A stretch of 63,327 nucleotides of DNA, counting the filler, from Vannella sp. (lineage: Eukaryota), in the NCBI GenBank assembly GCA_023345925.1. It is 8 parts of 8 records of this genome, joined end to end, with 100 filler letters (N's around TTAATTAATTAA, not from the genome) between each part and the next. Parts side by side here need not be neighbours in the genome. Positions count along the whole stretch, not along the records: positions 12,612 to 18,373 come from JAJQQN010000087.1; positions 18,474 to 23,919 come from JAJQQN010000423.1; 6 more parts are not named here. One strand, 5' to 3'. The notes beneath the pieces are model-generated. The model was not told the origin of the DNA. It made no database searches and saw only the letters and a program-made list of their open reading frames with translations. Position numbers and translations under genes: made by a program. This document shows, one piece after another, positions 12,512-21,600 of the stretch (position 1 is its first letter; every line of letters starts with the position of its first letter).

Positions 12512-13197
12512 NNNNNNNNNNNNNNNNNNNNNNNNNNNNNNNNNNNNNNNNNNNNTTAATTAATTAANNNNNNNNNNNNNNNNNNNNNNNNNNNNNNNNN
12601 NNNNNNNNNNNGGCCCAACGACAACAAGTCTCTTGAGAGGACCGCCTCGCATGAAGCGACCAACAGTCTCAAAAACATGTGTCCACCGGATGCATTATGC
12701 AATCGTTCCTCTTGAATAGAACTTGTTTCCGTTCAATCCTGCAGTTGTCAAGAGGCGACCGCGACCGGAAGACAAACCCCAATCTCTGAACCTTATCTCA
12801 TCCTATGGTCTCGTCGATGTCCAGTGTATTCGGCACAGTTCTCTCAGATGATCTGATTCGTATTTGGTAGGTACCAGGACGCCTCTGAGCACGACATTTC
12901 CATTTCTTCAATAAGTTCTAGGGAGTTTCGTTCGTAGACGCCGTTCCCAATGGCTGCCCTCTTCTCTAGAGTTGCTGTTCTTATGACTCGCACAATGAGC
13001 TTATCTCTTCACAAACTGTCCTCGTCAGCCAAACCTCTTCGAGCACATCCCTTCCACCCTCCAAGTGAGTGCCTCGATAAACGCTTGAATAATGGCCATG
13101 AAAGGCCCCAAAGCGATCCCTTGTTCATAGGAGTTGCTAAAAACTTAATCTGACCTTTGAAACATCAAAATGGACCAGATTTTAGGAGGCTAGAGGG

Positions 13198-13908
13198 ATG
13201 CAAGGACAAGGCGGCTTCCCTCATCAACACCAACAACAACAGGCTTACCAACAGCAACAGCAGCAGATGGCTTATCAACAGCAACAGCAGGCCCCTTATC
13301 AACAGCAACAGCAACAGGTGCCTCACCAACAGATGCCCTACCAGCCAGCAGTGAATGGGATCCCAATATGTTACGCATGTCGCCAGGAGATCTATGAGCC
13401 GTACATGGTGGCCTTCCGGATGAACTGGCACCCTTACCACATCGCCTGCAACATGTGTAAGAAGGACTTCTCTGATGGGCGACAGCTTACGGAGGGAAAG
13501 GATGGCTGTGCGTACTGTGGTCCATGCTACCAGTCCTCCTTTGCCCCCAAATGCGGTAAATGCAAGGAGGTCATCACAGGAGGGCAAATGGTGAAGGCGG
13601 GCATCCAAGTGTTCCACCCCGAGCACTTCTGCTGTACAACGTGCGAGAAAGAGTTTGGTGGTGTCTTCTTCATTGGAGATGATGGTAACCCCTACTGCGA
13701 GAAGCACTACTACGAGAACCAAGGCCAATGGTGCGCCGGTTGTGATGCTCCCATTGTTGCGGGGAAGATGGTGAAGATGGGGAACAAAAGCTACCACACT
13801 GAACACTTCTTTTGCAAGTACCGTAAAGAGAAGCTCGCAGGGCGCGAGTACTTCGAACATCAAGGAGACCCTTACTGCAAACCTTGCTACCTCGAGCTCT
13901 TCGGATAA
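13198..13908 (+). CDS. Three-LIM-domain (paxillin-like) protein with Gln-rich N-terminus
   Basis: Three CxxC-x16-17-HxxH/C-xxCxxC...CxxC/H units; the start may lie further upstream. Confidence 0.9.
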   Translation: MQGQGGFPHQHQQQQAYQQQQQQMAYQQQQQAPYQQQQQQVPHQQMPYQPAVNGIPICYACRQEIYEPYMVAFRMNWHPYHIACNMCKKDFSDGRQLTEGKDGCAYCGPCYQSSFAPKCGKCKEVITGGQMVKAGIQVFHPEHFCCTTCEKEFGGVFFIGDDGNPYCEKHYYENQGQWCAGCDAPIVAGKMVKMGNKSYHTEHFFCKYRKEKLAGREYFEHQGDPYCKPCYLELFG

Positions 13909-14047
13909 GCCTTACCCTCCATTCATTGGTAGTCACCATGAGAGAGGAATAAACCGTACGACAAGTCAACCAGTCTCAGTGCCAAGCGACGCAGCTGCGC
14001 GGAGGAAGCGGCCGTTGCAGATGACTTTGCCGCCTTCAGCTTCCCGC

Positions 14048-14054
14048 TATAAAA
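14048..14054 (+). promoter_or_regulatory. TATA box upstream of CKS1
   Basis: TATAAAA 47 nt before the ATG at 14095. Confidence 0.5.
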
Positions 14055-14094
14055 GCCGCCGTTGGTCGCCTTCAAGGTTATTCCTAAACACGCC

Positions 14095-14440
14095 ATGCCT
14101 GCTGACAACTCTCTCCTGATGTTCAAGCCCCAAGCACCCAAGCAATGGGTACCAACAGCAGACGACCCCGCCCAGTTCCGCTACTCCGATCGCTACTCAG
14201 ATGGTCTTTACGCTTATCGGTAAGAGCTTCAACCTCTCTGTTGAGAGAGTACTGACTAGATACGATAGACACGTCATCCTGCTTCCCCAGTACGCCAAAT
14301 TCATCCCTAAGGACCGCCTCATGAGCGAGCGCGAGTGGCGATCACTGGGTGTAGCTCAGTCTGCAGGCTGGGAACACTATGCTCTTCACAAACCAGAACC
14401 CCACATCCTCCTCTTCCGCAGAGCCGCGGACCCGAAATAG
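14095..14440 (+). CDS. CKS1: Cyclin-dependent kinase regulatory subunit (Cks/Suc1), intron 14220-14268
   Basis: [19 protein letters not shown]...[35 protein letters not shown]. Confidence 0.95.
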
Positions 14441-14627
14441 TCGCCATCATGGCCTTGTACATAACTCGAGCCTCTTCCTCCCTCGGGGTCTACTCACATG
14501 TTCCCTGCAAGCCTTCAGTAGAATAAACCCCTACTGACGGCTCCTCTTCCCCTTGCTGCGATCACGAAGCTCTCGAAAGGGCGACAAAGTGGGTCACTGG
14601 GAGGGATATTGAGGACTTTGTTGGTTC

Positions 14628-15439
14628 TCAGAGCTTGGAGGAAGGTTGCATGGCTTGAATGGCGCTGTTAGCCCACAGAAGAAGCCCGTTGTGGTCGGGA
14701 GCATTGAGGAGGACGCTTTCCCACCACATTGCTTTGAGCATTGCGAAGGGAACCGTGCTCTTTTGGGTCTTTTGAGCGAGCCAGGTGAGAGCAGTGGCCT
14801 CTGCATCGACAGATAGGCCATCACCCACTCCCATAGCAAACATTTCCTCCGGAGAGCGCACAATCGCATCAAACATAAGAGCTCGAGCGGCTGACGGTGT
14901 CAACCTCTTCGTAGCAACAGCCATTGGGAAGTATGGAAAGGGTACTGGTACTGAAAGCTCCGTCAGACCAACCTTGGAGGACGTTCCTGTTATTGTTACT
15001 CTTTCGCCTCCCTCCTGCAGAACCGACACATTGACGTACCTTGTTGAAGACATAGGAAGTCAGTACACAACGCTAGGACTAGTCCTCCAGCTAGACAGTG
15101 TCCCTTGACACACGTGGCGATAGGTTTAGGACATTCAAGTGCACTTCGGCACGTTTGCGACAGCAGATCGATGAAAGAAGCGAACTGTCTCGCTGGATCC
15201 TCTCCTTGAGTACATGCAGACACTTCAGTGAGGTCCAGACCAGCGCAATAGATCTTCTCTAGAGCGGAACGAAGAAGGATGCCTCGAACCTCGTCTGACT
15301 TTGCTCCCCACTCGATAGCCTGGCCCAGCTCCGTCATGATCTTCCTCCCCAAGGCATTGGCCTTGCCGTGGCACATAGTGACCCACAGAATGCTCCCTTT
15401 CAGCTCCACCTGGATGGTCTCGAACCTCTTCAACTCCAT
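14628..15439 (-). CDS. Enoyl-CoA hydratase/isomerase (crotonase) family, 1 intron
   Basis: KANAL, YCAGLDL, PKPIATCVKGHCLAGGLVLALCTD, KVGLTE motifs. Confidence 0.9.
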
Positions 15440-15507
15440 CCCGCCCGCGAATGGTCCTCCCTTGCCTGGACTGATCGATCCAATGGATCTTTCATTCATT
15501 CGGTGCC

Positions 15508-16107
15508 ATGCTTCGCATCATGGCAGTGCGGGGGACGAGAGGGCGCGGGGGTTTACATCGCGGGGTTGCTTCTAAGAGCAAGAAGGAGCCCGAAGAGATA
15601 CAACAGAGGCTAGATGAGCTTGCCAAGCTCGTAGATATGACGCCAGGAGAGGCTAAGTTCCAACAGATCATCGAGGAGATGAAGAACGTTCAAGGACACA
15701 TCGTGAGCAACCCTGCCCGAGGCAAGTACTCCATCGAGTACCCTCAGCTGCGCAAGAAGCAAGAAGAGTTGGATGCCTTCATGAAAGAGGAAGCAGATCG
15801 ACAGATCAAAGAGCTCGACGATCAACTAGACTCCTTCCGCTACGACGAGATCAAAGGGAAACCGCTCTCCTTCCAGCTACAGTACTGGCTTAGCTCCGCT
15901 GAGTTCACTGCCTTTGTCCTCTTCTGCTTCTTCTCCTCAGGCTTGTTCACGTGGTTCCGCTGCTCCTTGGACGTGTACCACTTCCGGCTCAAAAGTGTCG
16001 AGATTGAGGAGCGCTTCCACCAACAAGTCGCTGACCTGGAGAAGGAGATCCTCGCTGTTAACCAAGCACGTATACGATCAAGCAGCTCTCTAGCTAGTAA
16101 GGAATGA
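15508..16107 (+). CDS. Unknown, probably mitochondrial single-TM coiled-coil protein
   Basis: Arg-rich presequence-like N-terminus, coiled coil, hydrophobic FTAFVLFCFFSSGLFTWF. Confidence 0.6.
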   Translation: MLRIMAVRGTRGRGGLHRGVASKSKKEPEEIQQRLDELAKLVDMTPGEAKFQQIIEEMKNVQGHIVSNPARGKYSIEYPQLRKKQEELDAFMKEEADRQIKELDDQLDSFRYDEIKGKPLSFQLQYWLSSAEFTAFVLFCFFSSGLFTWFRCSLDVYHFRLKSVEIEERFHQQVADLEKEILAVNQARIRSSSSLASKE

Positions 16108-16155
16108 AGAGCTTCTCACCCTCAACGGAGAAGAACGAGGGAAGAAAGGGGTTTA

Positions 16156-17338
16156 TTATACATCGCTCTCCAGCTTGAGCTCCAGCTCCTTCCTGGCTTT
16201 TCGTTCATCCACAAGCTGGCGTTCTAGTTGAGAGAGTTGGCTCTCCAGAGCGACGTGCTTCTCCTCAATGGCCTTACGGCAGACGGTTTCTTGTGACACT
16301 CGCTCAATCAGGGTCTGGATGAGCCGTAGATGGGCATCAGGGCTTGCGAGGACCTCTACATTAGAGAAGTCTACCATCTCATTGAGTGTGGCAAGCCTCA
16401 TGTCGATGGTCTTCGTCATGTCAATCAAACTGAGGACATCAGAGGTTCGAGAGGGAATCTTGCCCTTTTCGAGCGCCTCTTCTGTCTCTCGTTCACGCTC
16501 TTGGTCCATTTGGTCTATCATTAGCTGCATACTGTCGCGTAGTAGCTCCAGTTCACCGACCACGGAGCTCTTGACTCTCAAAGCTTGTTCAATCTGCAAT
16601 CGGATCTCCCTTCGTGCAGTGGACTCAAGGATGAGTGATCGGTTCAGCTCCATAATCTCTCTTTCCAAGAGAACTTCCAACTCGCAGCGGCGCTTCGTCT
16701 CGTGGAAGAGCTGGTACTTTGCCATCTCCACTTGCTGGTAGAGATGAAGGACGACCTCTTCCACCCCTGTTCGAGACCTGAGCTTGGCTTCCATGGCATC
16801 CTTCTCTGCACGTAGACGAATACCTATTTGTGATGAACACTCGACGTACTTCTGCTGCAGGGCAGAGCACAGTCGAACGAGGCGCCGATTGAACCGCTTT
16901 ACCTTATCAAACTCTCTTTGCTCATCCTCTGCAAGACTTGTACGTTTGATACCATCGAGTGCTTCGTTAACTTCAGTTTGGAGCGCTTCCAATGCTGCTA
17001 CATCGGCCTGTAGGGCAGAGGAGTCCCATCCTGTTTCCTTTTCATACTTGGCCTTGGCAGCCTTCAGTCTCTTGTTCCACTTTGGTAGACTACCACTGAG
17101 TTGTTGAGCCTTCAGATTTTGCGCTTCCTTGCGCTCTTGGGAGGGAGACGCCGGCTCTGTTTGTATCTCAGAGCTGGAAGTGGATCGGTCCTCCGTCGAA
17201 ACAGGGCGAACCCGAGTTTCCTCCTTCTTCCCTCCTGGCTGGAACTCGTCCAATAACTCCATCAAGCTCTCTATATCTGGCACCTGCACGACTCAGCACC
17301 AAGCCCCTCCAACACCGCAAACCGCTCACCTCATCCAT
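16156..17338 (-). CDS. Coiled-coil protein of unknown function; 9-nt first coding exon (MDE)
   Basis: 377-aa heptad-rich ORF; ATG GAT GAG|GTGAGC...GCAG|GTG CCA. Confidence 0.7.
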
Positions 17339-17581
17339 GAAGTCGGTCCCAATAAATGAGAACGACCATTTGCTTTGACGAGAGAGTCACATATTGATTC
17401 GCAAAAGGGTGCTCCTCACCGTACTTCACCTAAAGTTGGTTCTGGGAGCACCTTTGGAAAAGTACTCTACATTAGACCGGGATTAATCTAAATCCACTTT
17501 TTATCCAATTTTAAGAGGGCCACTTTTTCATAGCTGGTCCACGCAAGCAAGGAACACCCATTGACTGCAAAGCAGTTTATG

Positions 17582-18019
17582 TTATAACGTGAGAGAGCGT
17601 CTTGGAGAGGAGAGAGAGCGTCTTGGAGAGGAGGAGGTTGAGCGAGTTTGGTTCTTCAGGAGGGGTAGGAGGTGAGTTTGACCTTCCTCTTTTGCCCAGT
17701 CCAAAGGAGAATGAGACGCGGAGTCCGTCGCATCAAGCAGGGCTCCTGCGGAGAGAAGAGCCCTTACAACATCCTCATGGCCAGCCTTGACAGCCCAGTG
17801 AAGAGCACTCTCTTCATAATAGTTGAGGGCGTTCACATCAACCCCCAGGCCCAAGAGAAACAGAGTGTACCGGACATCCTTTCGCATAACAGCGAAATGG
17901 AGAGGCGTTGAACCACTATCAGAGTTGCTGTGTAGAAAGCCAGTGAGCGGTCGAAGGTCTTCTTCCGAATAGGATCGCGACTGAACCATGAACCGTATCA
18001 AAGGTGTCCATTGGTTCAT
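17582..18019 (-). CDS. Small intronless ankyrin-repeat protein
   Basis: GSTPLHFAV, ESALHWAVKAGHEDVVRALLSAGA, SPLDWA; C-terminal SSPRRSL duplicated. Confidence 0.88.
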   Translation of the reverse strand: MNQWTPLIRFMVQSRSYSEEDLRPLTGFLHSNSDSGSTPLHFAVMRKDVRYTLFLLGLGVDVNALNYYEESALHWAVKAGHEDVVRALLSAGALLDATDSASHSPLDWAKEEGQTHLLPLLKNQTRSTSSSPRRSLSSPRRSLTL

Positions 18020-18235
18020 GTTGTGTATTGAATGGCCCCCACGGCCTGCATCCCGGATGGCACTTGTCCTGCAAAGATTGGCGACAACCGGCAGTCGAGC
18101 GAAAACTGGTTGATTTGATCGAATCGATCGCCAAAGATCTATTTTTGGCGCCTATTTTTGCCTTGATTGAAGTGGTGCCCTAAAAGACTCCCCGTTTATT
18201 GGGCTTTTTTTTGTTGAAAAACGGGTTTATTAATA

Positions 18236-18361
18236 AACCTTAGTCCTCTCGTTCTTTCCAATACATCCCAGGGCAAGTCCACGGATAAAGCTCCACCTTG
18301 AGATGGTTGTGGACTTTCAACCTTAGTCCTCTCGTTCTTTCCCATACATCCCAGGGCAAGT
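18236..18361. repeat. 43-nt direct repeat (18236-18278, 18319-18361) with a 40-nt spacer
   Basis: AACCTTAGTCCTCTCGTTCTTTCC(A/C)ATACATCCCAGGGCAAGT twice, 1 mismatch. Confidence 0.9.
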
Positions 18362-18509
18362 GCTGCCGATTACNNNNNNNNNNNNNNNNNNNNNNNNNNN
18401 NNNNNNNNNNNNNNNNNTTAATTAATTAANNNNNNNNNNNNNNNNNNNNNNNNNNNNNNNNNNNNNNNNNNNNAATTCATAACAATTCTCGAACTGACCA
18501 TTCTTTCAG

Positions 18510-18666
18510 TCCCAATCCGGGTTTGTGGTTGGACAAGGAGTTTGCCAATGGGTTCAGCAGCCACTGTGATACATTCAACAGCCCTCCACTTGCTTCTACA
18601 GAAGACTTTAAGTGCACCGTGCTTGAAGTATGGAGTTTTGCTTCATCCAGCTTCCAAGGACTTTAA
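18510..18666 (+). CDS. Last exon of a TLDc-domain (OXR1-like) protein, 5'-partial; absent from the ORF track in this frame
   Basis: PGLWLDKEFANGFSSHCDTFNSPPLASTEDFKCTVLEVWSF...TAA matches the TLDc C-terminal consensus; preceded by a CTGAC...TTTCAG acceptor. Confidence 0.8.
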
Positions 18667-18785
18667 CTCCTCCTCCAACAAATTTAACGACTCCAGTGAC
18701 TTCCTGGTGGTCTCCAAGGGACGTTTAGAAGTGGCTGTCTGAGTACTGATGGATCCATTTATCGTCACTGTCTCAATATATTGAG

Positions 18786-20791
18786 TTAGCGTGGGGATTT
18801 CCGGGGGACAGGTTCTCTCTTTGTACTACGAGAGGAGACAGGCAATTGTTCAATGGCGTCTCGAACACTTTCTCCTCCAAGTCGTGGCCCATCACGAAGA
18901 GAAGGGGCTCGGATTGGAAGTGGCGAGGAGTCTCCGGAAGTGAATGATGCATGTCGCTTTGCCACAACATGAGTATTTGTGGGAACCGACCCCCTCCTCA
19001 GATTCATCGTTGAGACTTGCTGACTTCTGGCAGGCATTCCCGCATAAGTGACAAATCGTCTTATTTTTGCGGTCTTGTCCTGGTTAGCGATACTCCACCA
19101 ATCAGTGAACTCCTCCAGAGAGATCTCTCCATCACCGTTCTTGTCGATGTCGAGAATAGTGCCTTGAATCTCTGCCTCAGAGGGATAATCGTGGAAGGAA
19201 ATCTTCATAAAGTCCTTGTAAAAGACTCTAAACTCTTCTCTCTGGAGTGCACCATCTCCATTCGTGTCATAGGATGTGAAGAGGACCCGGCATTGGGATT
19301 TCATCTCGTCCAAGTCTGAGACTCTCCCGGGTTGGTTGCGTTGATCAGCTCCTTTGAACTAAAGAGGCTTCAGAGATGAAAGTTGACTCTCTTGTTTCAC
19401 TTACGTTAAAGATGAACTCTTGCTGCATCACAATAAGAGACATCAATGCAGACGAGCGCTGGATCATCTTGATGTTTGTGTGAATCTCCTGCTTTCTATC
19501 CCACAGCAAGTTGGGCCCAAGAACGATGGCCATATTCTAGATAACCATCAGAAAATGCAAAGTACTGATGAACTACTGACTTGTGGCGACATCTTAGTTT
19601 GCTCTGAGGCTCGAACAATCTTCTGAGAAAGGAGCATAATGTTGCGCAGCAGTTCATAATTGACCGATGGCAGTGCACAAATATGCTCTCTTATCATCTC
19701 CAGTAAGTCTGGGTCGTCAAGAGCGATTGCTTCATTCTCCACAAAAGCCTCCGAGAATTGATAAGTGAGCAAAGGACTGGGAAGATCTCTCAAGAACTTC
19801 TTAAAGAGTCCTGCAACGATGTGAATGTCTACTTCAGCAAACGAAACGGTCTCTCCTCGATTGAAAGAGTCCTCAAGAAGGCTGATTTGTGAACCAAGAC
19901 CGCTTATTCGGAAGATTCCCTCTACCAAGTGCCCGCGAACGATCATTTCCGACAGCGCTTCTTCACAAAACAGAGGGTACTTGAGATTAGGCCTCTGAGA
20001 TGCTTGGCGTTCCATCAGAGTGTCGAGTTCCACACCTGGTTAGTGTGAGTGCGTTTCGAAAGGCCTTCATTCGACATCCTCCCGTACCAAAGACTTGCGT
20101 TGCTGGGTTGAGCTGAGTTTTAGATTCCCTTTTCTTCTTCGATCTCTTCTTCCAACCCGAGGACTCCGCTTCTGTGGGCTCGAGAAAAGTGGAAACTTCA
20201 GAAAAAGGGACTGCCCTCATCTCCAGCTCCACTGCACCAGTGATGATCTCATCAGGCTTGTCTGGACGATTCATCAAAGCAAACCAGGCTCTCTTGTGGC
20301 TTCTGTTCATCAACCCTTCCATTGGAAGGATAAATTGTCCCTCAAAGTCTGGGCGTTGCATCAGAAGAGGGCTCTGTTCCTTGATAGAGAGGTCTACACA
20401 CCGTCTAAACTGCAAAAGTCGTAGTCCCAACACGTCACCTTCAAGATCGAGGCAGGTGTGAGAGGTCCCCTGCAGGGGCATGTGAGTAGAACCGTTTAAA
20501 GTGCGCGATTCACTTACATATCAAAGGTTTCGTTCCATGTAGGACAAAGGGTCTTCTTAATGATGCTAGTCTTCTTCGTACCATCCCCACTCGTCAAGAA
20601 GAGGACGCAGTACGGGTCGCTCAGTCCTACACCCAACCACATGAGCTCCCCAGCCTTCCTTTCGACATCCACCTACCATTACTATCCTTCGGAGCAAGGT
20701 CCTTCCCCCCCAACACTATCCCACATCAGACGACGTCAAAACCAACCAAAAGCCACCCACCCGTCACCACCAAGTGCAACGGTTCCGCCAT
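18786..20791 (-). CDS. C2 - RhoGAP - two EF-hand protein, about 7 introns
   Basis: C2: GKDLAPKDSNGLSDPYC...KKTLCPTWNETF...CWDYD; RhoGAP: VEGIFRISG, AGLFKKFLRDLPSPLL, KMSPQNMAIVLGPNL; EF hands DTNGDGALQREE, DKNGDGEISLEE joined in frame by a GTAAGT...TTTAG intron. Confidence 0.85.
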
Positions 20792-21320
20792 CCTCCAAAT
20801 GGTCCAGTTCCCTTCAAGAAGGCCGTTTTCACCATTTTTCTTTGAAGGGAGGAACTCAGACTTAGTGGCTGGAACTTGTGTAGAGTAGCTCGTCTTCTCC
20901 ATCTCCTGAGGACAAGCTTTCGATCAGTGTGGGGTGCTCCATGGTCCCTCCTGGCAGAGGGGAATGGACTCCTGCCAAGAGGGGAATGGACTTCTCCACG
21001 GACAGAGCGGGCGTAACCACCAGCCTCACCTTTCACTGCTTCATCTGGTTATGAGGAGCATTCACTGTGTGGCATGTAGACAGTTGACCCACGCTGGAGC
21101 CCCTTGTAGGGGTGGACTGTTAAGCTTCCAACCATGGGCATCGGACTGGTTGCCTGGTTCATCCTCAAACGCAGTGTGGCCGAGGCCTAGGAACCTGTTT
21201 GAATATGGTGGCCAACAATGGCGCCATGGTAGCAATCCGACACGGATCAGCCCAACACCTGTTCCTGCTCGCTCTTCAATCTGACCGTATTCCCCTCTCT
21301 TCTTGTTCAAACACTCCGAA

Positions 21321-21456
21321 GAGAGAATTCACCACCCACTCAGCCACGCCCGCTGGAGCCTCATTGAAAAGTACCTCTACATTTGACTGGCATCAATGCG
21401 AATGACAATTTTATATGTTTTTAAGAGGGTCACTTTTCCTTCACTTGAGAGGATGG
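21321..21456 (+). repeat. Second copy of the dispersed repeat (5' part)
   Basis: Aligns by eye to 8803-8936. Confidence 0.85.
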
Positions 21457-21600
21457 TCAAATGAACCGAAAAAGTGCCTCGACCAAAACACATAAAAACT
21501 TCATTGGTAAAGGAGGAGCGTGTGGGAGCTAATAAAACAATGAAATAGAGACAGCTTGTGATCACTCCTGTGTGGCATCTCCTTTGAGACCTCCAGAGGG

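Noticed and set aside
12612..13190. Gene upstream of the LIM ORF
   Set aside because: No consistent frame or recognisable motif on either strand
13165..13863. 232-aa minus-strand ORF with poly-Leu
   Set aside because: Antisense shadow of the Gln-rich LIM gene
18236..18361. CRISPR-like repeat-spacer-repeat
   Set aside because: Only two copies, eukaryotic context, no cas genes
18644..18785. Extra last exon for the C2-RhoGAP-EF gene
   Set aside because: The donor is weak and the exon would overlap the TLDc coding end on the opposite strand; TAA at 18786 is preferred
21270..21352. tRNA or SRP RNA gene on the minus strand
   Set aside because: Only an A-box-like start; no B-box or cloverleaf, and the SRP helix-8-like CAGA..AGCAG segment does not base-pair
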